A stretch of DNA of 64,000 nucleotides from Utricularia gibba (lineage: Eukaryota > Plantae > Magnoliophyta): positions 3,410,001-3,474,000 of the forward strand of contig NEEC01000010.1 of the NCBI GenBank assembly GCA_002189035.1. The letters run 5' to 3'. This document shows, in pieces, positions 1 to 12,659 of this stretch (position 1 is its first letter; every line of letters begins with the position of its first letter). Below the pieces are notes generated by a model. It ran no database searches and was not told the origin of the DNA. It saw nothing but the letters and a program-made list of their open reading frames with translations. The position numbers were made by a program, and so were the translations under genes.

Positions 1-1
1 C

Positions 2-523
2 CTCCTCAACTCCTTACCATCGGCTCTTCCGCCGTTACGGATATCAAGCAGTGCCCCCGTCACCCCACCATTGTCTTCTCCCAGAAAGCTCCCTAAGCAA
101 ACAATCAACTTGGAGTTAGAGGCCCTTGCTAAAGAATCAATTTCTTCATTCAATAGCCCTTTCTTTGCGGTCTCTGCTCCAACAAGTCCTATTCGTGTTC
201 AGCGTTTTACTCCCATCACAATCCCAGAGTGTGATGAATCGGATACTTCCTCCACCATGGATTCAGGCCACTGGATGAATTTCCAGGCCTATGCAAACGC
301 CCCCACTGCCATTCCAACTTCTCCAATGTTCAATCTTATGAAGAAACCCATTCCTCAATCCGTCCCATCTCGGGAAACCAGCATGGTTGATACTGAAAAA
401 GGCAAGAGCAAGGAATTCGACTTTGAGAACATGGCCGTGAAACCGTGGGAAGGGGAGAAGATCCATGATGTTGGAATGGATGATCTTGAACTCACTCTTG
501 GCAGTGGAAACTCTCGGGTTTGA
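2..523 (+). CDS. BZR1: BZR1/BES1-family brassinosteroid transcription factor, 3' part (5' end outside window)
   Basis: Frame open from base 2: [19 protein letters not shown] (BIN2 phosphorylation/14-3-3 region), PEST-like SAPTSP...[10 protein letters not shown]-terminal [10 protein letters not shown] and EAR motif DLELTL. BZR1 vs BES1/BEH paralogue not resolvable. Confidence 0.92.
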   Translation, partial: LLNSLPSALPPLRISSSAPVTPPLSSPRKLPKQTINLELEALAKESISSFNSPFFAVSAPTSPIRVQRFTPITIPECDESDTSSTMDSGHWMNFQAYANAPTAIPTSPMFNLMKKPIPQSVPSRETSMVDTEKGKSKEFDFENMAVKPWEGEKIHDVGMDDLELTLGSGNSRV

Positions 524-1671
524 TCATCATCATCTTCATCCCACGATGGAAAAAAAGGTTTCAGGTGCAGCATTGCTTCCTTCATCATTCCTTCACCATA
601 TTATATCTATCCATGGCATTGTCAAAATATCTGAGCACCAACTTGCCACTGGCACAATTCATCTGAATTTCCTTCCACTGGTAGTTTAGACATGTGTCGT
701 CTGAGAGCACTTGTTCTATTCATTTTGTCTGCAAAATCAAAAAAAAAAACATCGTGTTTTGTACCTTCTTCTTCTTATTCTTCTAATGGCAGTGGTTTTA
801 CCATCATCCCATGTATGTACTAAACCCTGATTAGCGACATGAAGAGAGTGTGTTATGCAGGAAAGCATTTAAAGCATGCAGCTCATAGGGCTGAATGCCC
901 ATGTTCAATTAGCGGTTGTCATTGGCCCCTCTTGAAAGCTGGCTGCTTGATCCATTGGGACCAATGGCATTAACTCTTATTGCCCTGAGGCAGGCAAAGG
1001 CAATGGAGGTACAAGAAAAATACAAGGATCATGTGGACACACACAGAGTAAAGAGAAGAGAAGAGAATCCAGTTGTTCAATCTGCTTAGATGTGTTGTCC
1101 TAATTATCAATCACATGGTCTGCTCCTCATTAATCTCTCGTGTTCTGAACTGATGATGCGGCAATCATTCATCTCATGCCTCATGCTCACGTCATTGCTC
1201 AACTAGGATGTAGGGAAGCACTCTTGCAGCCAACACACGACGGCCCTGAAATTGTCAGTTTGGGGGCGATGGACCTGGACCTCCTTCACAGGATTCGGAA
1301 TGGGGCCGGGCCATTGTGTGATTTTGCCCCGGCCCATATCGACGATAAACAACACACACACACTTTGACGATACGGTCGATGCCGCAGTTTCACTGTGAT
1401 TGCGAAGGCGACAGAGATTCGTATTGTCCGAAGCAGGGCAGCGCAGGGGCACTCCACCTCCACCTCTTCCCTCTACTTACTACTGCTGCTGGTATAAGAG
1501 ATATATTTGTTCCAAATAAATAATAATAATAATAATAATAGAATAATGGTGTTAAATAAATACCGATAGGCGGGGCCCACAGCTCTGCCCGCTCCATGCA
1601 TTGCATGCATCGTCATCCCCTCGCCTTAGCCGCTTCTCTTGACCACCCACCGCCACCGCCACCGCCTTCCA

Positions 1672-1692
1672 GTGTGTGTGTGTGTGTGTGTG
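1672..1692. repeat. (GT)n microsatellite
   Basis: About 10 perfect GT units read directly, followed by degenerate GCGT units. Confidence 0.9.
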
Positions 1693-1937
1693 CGTGTGCG
1701 TGTTTTTTATTTGTATAGCACAAGGACGCATTATTTGTTTGATGCTGCTGCTGCAATCGCACAAAAAGAAGAAACGTGTACGGCCCTCGCTCAGTATTCA
1801 ATTCAATTCATTCCACTTTCAGGGGCATGATTCCAAATTTCATGATATCCATCCGATTAAAGAAAAAGAAGAAAACGACGTCGTAAATTATTATTCTGAA
1901 AAAAAAAAAAAGGACGCAAAACAAAAAGGGAAGCAAA

Positions 1938-3686
1938 CTATAGAATCGACGGCTTCCGCTCGGATGCATCCTCCCATGCACCCACCCCGGAGAGGTCACC
2001 GGGATGATTCATCGACCTCAGGTAACCACCGCCCCCGGTTCCCAGCCGGAGAAAATCATGGGTCGCACCGCCTCCCCCGCCCTGATGCTTCGCCATCAAC
2101 AGCTCCGACTGTCTTAACATGGCTCCATTTATACACGACTCTGCGAACCCGGTACCATTCTCAACATGCGGGGAGTTTCCCCACGGCGCTGCCGAGGCGG
2201 CGGACACGGGAGCAGCCGGCAAGCGGAGCCCGTGGAGAAATGAGGAGTTGGAGGAAGTTGCCCCCATTTGCGCCGCTTTCTGGAGCAACGCTGTGGCGGA
2301 CATGACTGCCGGGACGACGGGCTTGAGAAGTAGACAGATTGTGGGTTTTGCTCTACGGCTGGGAATGAAGGGAGTGAGCCGTAGAGTGACGGTGAAAGCG
2401 TCAGAGAAATTGGGTCACTGGAGGGCCCCCCGGCGGCGCCGACAATTGGGCGGAGGAGAGACGGGAAAGGCGACTGCGGCGGATGCGATTGGGATGATTG
2501 AGTGAGTTCTGACGCCGAGGAAGCAAAAATACAGAATGAGCGACCGTGGTCACCGATTACACCACCGGAAATGGTGCAGCTTCCGGAGGAGGCTGGCGCG
2601 GCACCAGTAGACGTCACCATTAACATCGCTGGAGATTGTAAATTAGCATTACGATTTTCCGGCAACTCAGCTGCTGCTACTGCTGCTACAGAGACGAATG
2701 TTCAAACAATCAGGACAGATGCATGATTGCTTGGACAGGAAAAGACTTGTGTGATCGTACCAGAACTTTGAACGGACAGAACCGGAGACAAAACGTCGGC
2801 TGAAGGAGTAGGCGGCGGAGGCGTTGAGGAGCCGGAAGCCGAAGACATTATCGGAGGGCCAACAGCTTGAACATTCAGATCCCCGGCGAGAGCCGCCGGC
2901 TGAGTCCGCGCAGTTTCCTGGGCCAAGGCATCACAAAAAGCTCTATGCGTAATGAAACTATCCCTTCTGCAAAGCCATACAGCTTTTCCTTTTTATCATC
3001 GATGAAAACAGAAGAATTGAAATTTAAAAATCTGATTCCGGCGAAACCCACCTGGAAAACAAAGTTCCACAGTCACATCGATACTCACGAGTCCCACAAG
3101 TCTTGACATGGGCTTTCAAGTCCGATAAAACGGCGTACTTCTTCGAGCACCGATCGCATCTATACTTTTTCTCGCCGTGCTTCCGGCAGAAATGTTTCTT
3201 GATTCCGGTGAGATCACCGAGGGCCCTCGCCGGATCATGGTGCACGCACGTCGGCTCAGGGCAGACGTAAACGCGTTTCCTCACTTCTTTGCTCGTCCGT
3301 TGCCGGAGCTTCCACGGCAAGTTATGGCCGCGGCGGTGGAGCTGGAGGTTCTGGTCCCGCTGGAATCCCTTGTTGCAGATCTCGCAGATGAATCTGTTGG
3401 TAGCAAGAAGTGCTTTCGGCGATAAAGCAATTACTTCCGCATCCGGATCTGCAGAAAATAACCGAGATTCCGTTAAAAAAATAAGAACACCCCCATCTCC
3501 TTTATCTTACACCTTTTTCATCCGCCATTTTCAAGAAAGCGGAAAAGGCTTCTACAACAGACAATTACAATTCCTTCAGAAACCTGGCATCCCGGGAAGA
3601 TTCCTCTTTTTCTTGCTCGACACAGCTTTCGATTCCCCTGAGACCGCCGGTGAAATGGTCAAATTATCAGCTTCCTCCTCCATCAT
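1938..3686 (-). CDS. INDETERMINATE DOMAIN (IDD/BIRD) C2H2/C2HC zinc-finger transcription factor, 4 coding exons
   Basis: Exons 3686-3584 (KKKRNLPGMP), 3448-3052 (DPDAEVIALSP...FICEICNKGFQRDQNLQLHRRGHNLPWKL...CDCGTLFSR), 2966-2761 (RDSFITHRAFCDALA) and about 2686-1938 with MSATALLQKAAQMG and a T-x-DFL motif. GT-AG junctions checked. One apparent 1-bp deletion at 2311-2313. Confidence 0.92.
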
Positions 3687-4839
3687 CCCCAGACTTCAAC
3701 ACCGACAAAATCGCCGGAAAACACTTCCTCCAAAAAACCCTATTTCTTGAACACAGTATCTGGAAAACCCCATAAACACTCACAAAATCGGGAAAAAAAT
3801 ATCTCCAACAAAAAGCTCAGGTCGAGCTTCGCCGGAAAAAAACTGAAGCTTCAGTTCCACAAGAACCCGCCCTCTTTTTCCGAGTTTAAACAGCAAGTAC
3901 TGTCGGATGAGTAACGAACAAAAAACAAGGTTCCATCACAAAAGTTTGAACGATTATCCGTAGAGCAGCAGAAATACAAACAGAGAAAGGAAAACAGTGT
4001 ACAAATATCATTGGCATCAGCGAGGCGGCAGGGAATGCAACCATGGTTAGGGGCACTGGAACCCGATGTTTAACCGGGGTTGGGTTAAGAGCTGCCTGAG
4101 TTCAAGTTCCGGAGTTCCAGATGCAGAGTCGTCGGCGCGGGTGCGCACGTGGGGAATTGTTCCCGTCCACGTGGACAGATGTACGGTCGTCGGATATGTC
4201 GTGGATGCACGATCACGTCGTTTAGCGTGATTGGGCTTTTGGGTCTGCGGCCCATCAATCTGAAAAGACACTCATACCCTTGTCGTATTTATCCTTTTTT
4301 TTTTTTCTTGGGGAAAAAACGTATGAACCCAATATTTGAAAAATAAACCCTAAGATATGAGCGGGCCCCAGAGCGACACCCGTCCCTAGGCAGTGAACGG
4401 GGTGTGGTGGTGGGGCCCGGGGTACGCAGGGTAGGCGGGGCCCATCGTGACAGGACTCTCTCATACGGGACCCACACACACCCATGCGGGTGTGTGCGCA
4501 CTGAGGGGTCGCCGTCGCGTAATACCCCCTCCCCGCAATCTGAGTGTACGTTGACGACTCGAGGGGGTGGCGTGGCACAGCACACAGACACACATGCGGG
4601 TGCGCGCGCGCGCGCTTGGGGGTTTCATCATGGAACGAACGAACGAACGAAGGGACTCGTTTTCTTTCAGAAGATGGATCCGCAAAGCGCATGATAGCAT
4701 TACACCACATGGCGGAGATACAGGAATCATCCCATCTGGTGTGATGTGACGACCACATGGACCAGAAGGGGATAAGGTCAAGAAGCACAGACGGAAAAGG
4801 AATTTTCAATGGGAGATGTGACCGAGAGAGAGAGAGAAT

Positions 4840-7800
4840 TCAAGAGTTACCAACGGGTTGGGACGGGGACCAGCACGCCCTGAACACTTCCCCCCGCATC
4901 AGATCGATCGGCAGTTGTTCCTGAGTGTACCTCTCAGGACCCATGTACATACCCGTCTTCTCCAGCAGCCGAACCCCTTCTTCTCTCCCGAATCTCGACG
5001 AGTACAGTTTCAGGTATTCCACGTCCTGCATCCATCGCCTCCATAAGACACCACACCAGCAAACCTGCTGCAATGGCTAGGGCTGGCGGGCATACCTGCA
5101 AACCACTCAGGAGTCGCTCCAGGCGTAATGAAGCAACCGGCTCCGTGGAAGATGAGAACACTTGCCCGGGGTAGAACAGGACACCGTCTCCTGGGGGAGC
5201 CCATGCCTAAACCTTATCTGGGAAGAAAACAAAAGACTACCCAATTCAAGATTGTTCAAGTTGTGACGCAGTTGCCATGCAGACGACACGACAAACCTCG
5301 GCACTAGGAACGGTTGCCTTCTCATAGCAGTTGGCACCCCAGTACAGAAAACCTGTGCTCCCTTCCTTCCAAACACGCCACATAACTGCACGGTGTTGTG
5401 TGCCTCGCATCCCCAAGTGCCAATTAGGTTGAGGGTCGGAGGGTCCCATGCACACATACGTCCACCACTCCTGTACAGAAAGGAAACGTAGGACAACTTC
5501 ACGGCGTAGAAAAGAAGAGGTTATACCGGGCACCTAAGCGCCAAAACTACAACAGGCGCACACAAAAAAAGGACAAGATTTACCTCACCATTTTCAGGTT
5601 GAATTTCCGCTAAGATATCCTTCGCTACGTCTTCACGATTTCCAATCACCCATTCACTAAACAAAAGCAGAGCCATGCTTAGAACGATTATCTGCACTAC
5701 TTGAAGTACTGATAACCAACTTCTTGAAAAACAATGCCGAGAATTCTTGTTAGAATTCCGGAACTTTAAAATGATAGGCAGCAGTACCTCGTGCAGTATA
5801 TTTGGGTGTGCGGGCGAAGAAATTCCGGAACTTTCAGGAAAGCCTCAAAGTTGTTAGAAGCGAGTTGTGCGTTACTTGGACCTGTTTAATGACACAAAAC
5901 TACGTCACATGTCTAAAAACCAGACATTCTTCCGAGTAGCGGGTGCGCCCAGAAGGCTAATATTTACTTATTAGAGAGCTCAACAAGGTGGACAGATACA
6001 GAAACGGATAAACTTTCTAAGCAGGACATTGAGAATTGCTATTGGCACATATCTTGAAGGTGAAAATAGAATAGCATTCACAGGTGAGGCATAACATATT
6101 AGAAAAATGAGGTTAACAAGGAGAAAATTACTCACCACAGTAATAAGTCGTCATAATACGGGCATCAGGTGCATAGGAGTGAATCTCACTAGCCATATGA
6201 CGCATAGCTTCATAGTGTTCAAGGCTGATGGGCTGGAAATGAAATAGATAAGCAAGACAAACTATGGAAGCAATTCAGGTTGCCGTCATATGGAAGATGA
6301 TGACTGTAGATTACTTCATAAAGTGATCTCCATCTTACGTCAAAGTTTATCCAAATCAAGCTTCTCATTATGACATGCACTGAAGTTCTTTTTCTTACGA
6401 TTGTTCTTACTTCATGCCTAACATGATGCAATTATCGTTCATACATATTTTCTAAATCCTTCATTAAACCAAAGAAATCATGCTGCATACGAACTGAATG
6501 AACAGATGATCAAGCAGCTTGTAGTCTCACCTCATCCCACAGGTAAAAGTAGGCTTTCCTCCAATGATCTTTCATTCGTAGTATTTCCACTTCGCTTTGC
6601 AGGAATTCCTCTGCTGTATCGTGACTGAGAGACATTAACGGAGAAATTATGAAGCAGTCTAACATGGTAGCCACAATGAGTTCTTTCGGTACAAAGAAGA
6701 GATTTCAATTGAAAAAAAAATATACATACCAAGAGATCACGGGGCTGTATGGAACAGCATAAGCTGCAAGTCTGGGATCAGAAAAATACTCATCTGATTT
6801 CGGATGATCAGCTGCAACAAACAGAAAGCAAAAAGAAGCACTTTGAAGCAAATAATGCTGCCAAACAATGTGAAGAAGGCTACATCCAGATAATAAAAGG
6901 TTCAACTAAGTCAATGGAAGGCAAAAACTGCAGCCTAGAAAACCACCTGGCCATGGGCAGGTATAAGTTAAGACCTGCATTCCCTCACGCCACCTGCAAA
7001 AGTATGGGCTTATTTTATATTGAAGCAGCCACTTAAAATGCTGATCCAGTATCTCAAGCCACTGGCTGCTTCCATGCTCAACAGCAAATCGATCTTCAAT
7101 AACCGTATCAGATACCTATATATAGTTAAGAATTTAAAGCTGACGCATTTATTTACCAAACAAGGCATCAAGTGATAAATGTGATTGGGAAGAAAGCAAA
7201 TCAACTGCATCATGTTCTAAAACTTTCCAAAAAATCAAATGCAACACATGCTTTTGAGATAACAGTAAAAATAGTAGCATTTTCAAAATCAATAGAAGGA
7301 AAAAGTAGCTGTAGAGGGAATAAGATATTGAGGATACTCCAATAACAGCCGGTAAAGACGGTGTGGCTGGAAGAACAAAATCCCAAATGGTCAAACTTAA
7401 TTTCAATCTGATTGACAGGTGTGAAATAGTATCCTCATCCATCATGTCTACTGGTCCATTATCCAAATTCAGATCTGAAAACAAGGGAGATTGAAGTATT
7501 CCTCTCAGGGATGATGACAAAGATTTCACAGTCTCCACCTGAAGCAGTAATTATACAAAGATTATATGCTTATGCTAATATTAGCACAATCAAAGACTTA
7601 CGTATAGATCAATAGAAATCTGAAATAATTAACATAACGAACCACTCCATCCAAGGGTTGTCTATCAACGGGCTCTGCAAGTTCAAGGCAATGTCTTAAT
7701 TCATTGTACAATTGAATCTTGTCATCTTTACAGAGGAGCTGCCCCGTAGATCTGTAACAAGTCAACGAGACAATCATACAGTCAAGTCATGATCATCAAA

Positions 7801-8943
7801 CAAATAACATCATGAGATAAGAAGAATTATCAAATCAAGAAATTGGTGTAGCTTATCACTCTGAATCAGCTCTGGAAGCAGTAATAAAAAAATCTGCTTC
7901 ATATTGACCAGGTGGCTGTGCATCAGGAACGTCAACTGAAACCCAAATTGCTGTTGTTTCTCTGCAAGAAACTTCATAATAAATCTCAAGCAACTGAAAA
8001 ATTTAAAATGCATCGGTAAGATGAGGAGAATACTTACCCGGGATAAAGGGTCACTCGAGAAACTGGCACTTCAAGAGGCACAAGGGCATCAGGAACACCC
8101 AAAATAGGGACGACCTGTCTCACCTTCAATGATTCTCCAACTACCAATCTGCATACGCAAGATCTACTTTCAGCACTCACTAAAATGAAAACTATTATAG
8201 GGCTTTATCAGACAACCTATCACCAGAAGAGGAGCACAAATCAGAGCACTGCAAATATACAGTTCCAGCCATCCTAGATCCTACCCAAGAAACTTTTGGG
8301 CGTATAGCTATCTGGAAACTTTCCCTCTCATTTCTGGCTGACAAAAGCGATATCTTGAGGATAAAAGATGACATATTAGAAATACTGTTTAGTTGATTTG
8401 CTAAGGCAGGTTGCAGCAACAGCAAACAGACTAAACACAGGGGAGAACATAGGCTTGCTGGAATCCATTCCCAATACATGAAACGGGAAAAAACGTGTGT
8501 GGATCAGAAAGAAAAATGAGATCTGATCTCGTGGAACTGGGAGTGAAAGATAATTGATTTGACAAACCATTTAGAAAATGATCGCACATTATAAGATATT
8601 TGAATGGAAAGCAAGAACGACCGAGTGACATGAAGGAATAAATACTTAGACAAAAAACCAACTTACAGGCTCTAATGCACGGGGCATTTCCTGAGTACCA
8701 ATATTTTCTGTGCTTGGCATGCACCAAACATGCACCAACTCTGAAGAATGAACTTTTAAGGGATCAATTGTCTCCCCTGACAAGGTAGAGACATTGATAC
8801 CAACTTCATTCCATCCGTATGCTGTCCCACCTCCGGCAACTCCTTCAACTGGTACCGGTACTTCCTGATGGTCCCCTGCAAACAACTCTAGTTAGGTGTG
8901 GCTGCCAAAACATAAACAAAGAAAAAAACTAACCAGCTACCAT
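4840..8943 (-). CDS. Conserved plant DUF4091/GH123-like domain protein (At1g45150-like), multi-exon
   Basis: Exon peptides VPVEGVAGGGTAYGWN, LVHVWCMPST, ARNERESFQIAIRPKVSW, LVVGESLKVRQVVPILGVPDALVP, EPVASLRLERLLSGLQ, EYLKLYSSRFGREEG...GPERYT match the recalled family. Start taken as the micro-exon ATG GTA GCT G|GT at 8943. Internal exons not all mapped. Confidence 0.8.
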
Positions 8944-10611
8944 GGGATACCCACTTCTCTTCTTTCATCATCAGAATGATCATTAACAACACAATGCCCC
9001 ACCAACAGAAGACAAAAGAACCCGCAGCCATTCCACCTCTCATGCAACAATCTTCCCGTAAAATGAACATCCACGCAACTATTATTCTCTAACAATACCG
9101 AGCAATCAAAAATCAAATACATATTCACACAACTTAACCCCTCTCCATCAACACAAATAACAAAAGAAATCTAAAGGTGGAAAGATCCTCGGATACCCAC
9201 ACAAATACATCACTTTTTTTGTTTTAATGAAATCAACGATAGATCCTCGACAACCAAACGATGATCCAGAAAAGTAAAATAAAACAACGCACCGGAGTTC
9301 TCCATGGATAACGCCGAGAAACGCTTCTTTCACTGATTCGACTCCCCTTCTCCAGTAAAAACCAAGAACGAAAACTAAAACTTGCGCTAGAAATTGCAAG
9401 ATAAAAAGATCAATGGAAATTGGAAACAGCCGCCCCTCTCCTCTACGTTTGGCCCATTCCGCTCCACTTCACTAGAAAAAAGAAACATCACCATCAAGAA
9501 ATGAGGGAAATCTCAAGATTCCCCTGCCACGTCATCCTAAACAACCAATTTTCGTTTTATAAAAGTTAATGTTACCTTCTTTTGTTTTTTTTCAATTCTT
9601 TATCGCTTCTAAACAGTAACTCTACTGTTGCGCGCTTCAATCCTTAATCCTGAGACGTTATGATTCGTACTGTCGCATTGCCGATTTCTGATCCCAAACA
9701 AACATGAGGGTTTTGTGCAGTACCGACGGCCCAGCAGGCTGCAAAGCATGTCTTCCAAGGACCCCATCTCATGAATATTCCCAATCGGAGTTTCAAACAC
9801 CCGGCCAGGCCACAACTCCCAAGGGCTCTAAGATTTAAGCCCCCGAATCCAAAGCAAATGCCACCGGGACAGAAGTGGGATGGCGGTATGGATATGGATG
9901 CAAGGATACACTACTACCATCACGGGTAACTTCTGAGCAGTTTACAAAGGAAACATATGACTAGCAACACACGAGATATCAAATACCATTGAAATAGTCT
10001 TCATGTGGCTTCGGGGCTATAAAGCATGTATCATCTTGACAAATGAACTAGACACGTTATCATCCATCATCAGGTGCCCGCAGAAAACAACGCAAACTTT
10101 CATAGCAGAATTGCATCTTCGGGGGCTTGCTGTGGTATAAGGACATTCCTCATCCACAATGCCTGAGCAAGGATAACAATGTCACGGTAGGGAAGAAGAA
10201 AAACCTATATATGCCGGACAGATGCGCTTGATTGCAGGTACGCAAAGATTACAGCTTCAGATCTGGAAACTGTCGGAAGTGAAGGATCATGAGATGAAAG
10301 ACAAACATATATGCTGGATAAAATAGCTAGAAGATAATGCGATTTCAACAAATAGACAGAAAGTGCAATTACAGAGAGTAAGATCAAGCTCGTCCATTGC
10401 ACTTAAGCTTGTCTGGTAGGCTGAACACCATTTCAAATAGTATTTTTTTTTTCCCCAGGGAGGGAACTGGGATCGCAGCTTCTCTTTGAAAAATCAAGTC
10501 TTTCACACGGAGTTTCTCAAATTACCATTTCCATCTTCCAATTGTTCGAGGGTCTCAACAGCTAATAAAAATTAAAATCCAGAAATCTGAAACACCCATC
10601 CGACATCTCAC

Positions 10612-10870
10612 CTTCGGCAAAAATCAGTGACGTACTTCCAAGTATTGTAGAAGACAAACCACATCAAAACAAGCATGAGAGTATCTAGACACGATTGAGG
10701 GCTACAAATTCTGAACAACGGGATAAAAGCAAATCGCCAACGAAAATAAGAACAAGTAACCAGAAATTGGAAGAGTTAAGGATACTGAAGAGGTACCGCT
10801 CCCACCAATCCAGCATGTAAAGCCCGAAAGTAACATTGTAAAGATAGATCTTGCGCTGAACCCAGTTCAT
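10612..10870 (-). CDS. ssSPT: Small subunit of serine palmitoyltransferase (ssSPT, about 56 aa), first two exons
   Basis: Exon 10870-10786 MNWVQRKIYLYNVTFGLYMLDWWERYLF, exon 10684-10612 NTLMLVLMWFVFYNTWKYVTDFCR, with GT-AG junctions. Closely matches Arabidopsis ssSPTa/b as recalled. The short last exon was not located with certainty. Confidence 0.9.
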
Positions 10871-11438
10871 GCTTCTGGAATTCCACAGAAGTTCAACAAA
10901 AGAAAAGGGGTGGCTATTCCCAGGTTCCACTACCCCCAAGATCAGGAAAGCACGAGTAGAGAAGTATTATGTGATAATTGGGCCAAATGTTTGGGCTTTG
11001 AAGCCCGCGAGGCCCAAAAATCTCTGCATTGAAAACAAACCCCCTCGGACCGTCGTCAACCATCGGGAACACCGAGGCAGCTGCTTCCGACACCGACGCG
11101 ATATCAGATTCTCCGGATTGGAGGTTCAAGTGTACGATTAAAACGTTTTTTTTCCTTTTTTATTGAATGATATACGTCCTTTGATTCATTTTTTAGGCTT
11201 CCGGTGTTTTTGTTCGAATCTGCCTTTGCAAGATTTTTGTGAAGACAATCGTTTGATGTCGTTGTTTTTATGGATGGCAGAAACTTCATTTTATTGGTTA
11301 TAGACACTTGATTGCCAATCTTTTTGTGGTTTGCCGATTGTTGGCTGCTTTTACTGTTCTTTCTATCCACTCAGATCTGAAAACGTAACTGTGGTATTTA
11401 TTTAAACTCCTTGATTCAGTTTCATCATCAGTGTTGTG

Positions 11439-12455
11439 ATGGAGGAATCAGAGAAGAGAAGGCAAAGGCTTAAAGCATTGAGAATGGAGGCTGCTGATGG
11501 AGGAGCCAATGCGGAGCCTGGAGTTTCAGGGTCGCCATTGCATGGTCTTTCCAATCCATTAATCGAAACTGAAAACGTTCCAATGGCTCCATCGCACCAA
11601 GGTTCTCGAAGATTCGATTACTACACAGACCCTACATCAGCATTCTATGGAAGACAAGAAGCAACTAATGCATATCCTCGAGGGCAATACAGCAATAATC
11701 CAAGTAATTCTCAAATGATGGCTTTCTCAGAACTTTCATTATTCTCTGTTTTAGATTCTACACTTGTCTGAATAGGAGCTCCAAACCAGGCAATGGCTCC
11801 AACACCAAGTTACCAATATCCATCCTTCAATTCTCCGGGAGCGCATCCACAGCAGGTGTATCCACGAAGTTCGTCTCCTTACCAGGCAATGGGTCCCAGT
11901 GCTACTTATCAAAACCAAGCCTTCCGCTCTCCAGGTGCTGTGATGTCCCAAGTTCCAGTAGCTCATCCAAGACATGCCTATCCTGGAAGTACAATAGAGC
12001 CTCGGAGCTCCTGGTCAGCAGCACCAGTGAGACCTCATACTCCTCCAGCTGGTCAACGCAGCGCCTTTAATTATCGCTGGCCTTCCAATTCACCACAAGG
12101 TGTCAACTTCGTTAGGGCAAGGCAAAGACAGGACAACTCTCCTTACACTACGTATGGCCGAGGCATGAATCAAAGAGGCAGAACAGGTCCCAATGATAGA
12201 AGTATTCTTGCAAAGGAACGCCCCGATTTGTATTACAACAGGGGCATGGTAGAAGATCCTTGGAAAAACTTGATTCCTGTTCTTTGGAAGGGTCCTTGGC
12301 CAGGGACGGATGGCTCATGGATGCCCAAGTCAATCACTGCGAAGAAAGCTAAGGTTTCCCCGGAGTCTTCTAAGATATCGTTACCGCAGGGAAGCCTTGC
12401 ACAGTATTTGGCAGAGGCCTTCAACGACCCCTCCGAAGACACTGTTGATGACTAG
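11439..12455 (+). CDS. SIC: SICKLE-like proline-rich protein (splicing/lariat debranching cofactor)
   Basis: MEESEKRRQRLKALRMEA, LSNPLIE, RFDYYTDP, Pro-rich middle and C-terminal YYNRGMVEDPWKNLIPVLWK (MPLKIP-like). One short intron ending at about 11774. Confidence 0.85.
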
Positions 12456-12659
12456 CTGTTGGTTTCGTTAGTGTAGACATAGAGTAATGCCTTTTCTGTA
12501 TATTCAATTCCCGTTTTCTGTGTTTTTTTTTAATGCCAAAAAAAGAGACATGGATCTTCCTGGTAATTCACAAAATATCAAAAAACAATTGAAATTAATA
12601 TGTATTTCAAGTGAACAAAAAATGACTACTATAAATGGGTTGGGTATACTCAGTGGAAA

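Noticed and set aside
1290-1336. GC-rich inverted repeat (GGGGCCGGGCC...GCCCCGGCCCAT) as a miRNA precursor
   Set aside because: The stem is only about 12 bp and matches no miRNA I recognise.
4047-4809. Several overlapping GC-rich ORFs upstream of IDD
   Set aside because: No homology, and they are built from microsatellite-like tracts; the region looks like IDD promoter (G-boxes) and DUF4091 3' UTR.
11210-11222. GTTCGAATC (also GTTCGA at about 30549 and 51564) as tRNA T-loops
   Set aside because: No acceptor stem, D-arm or A box at proper spacing.
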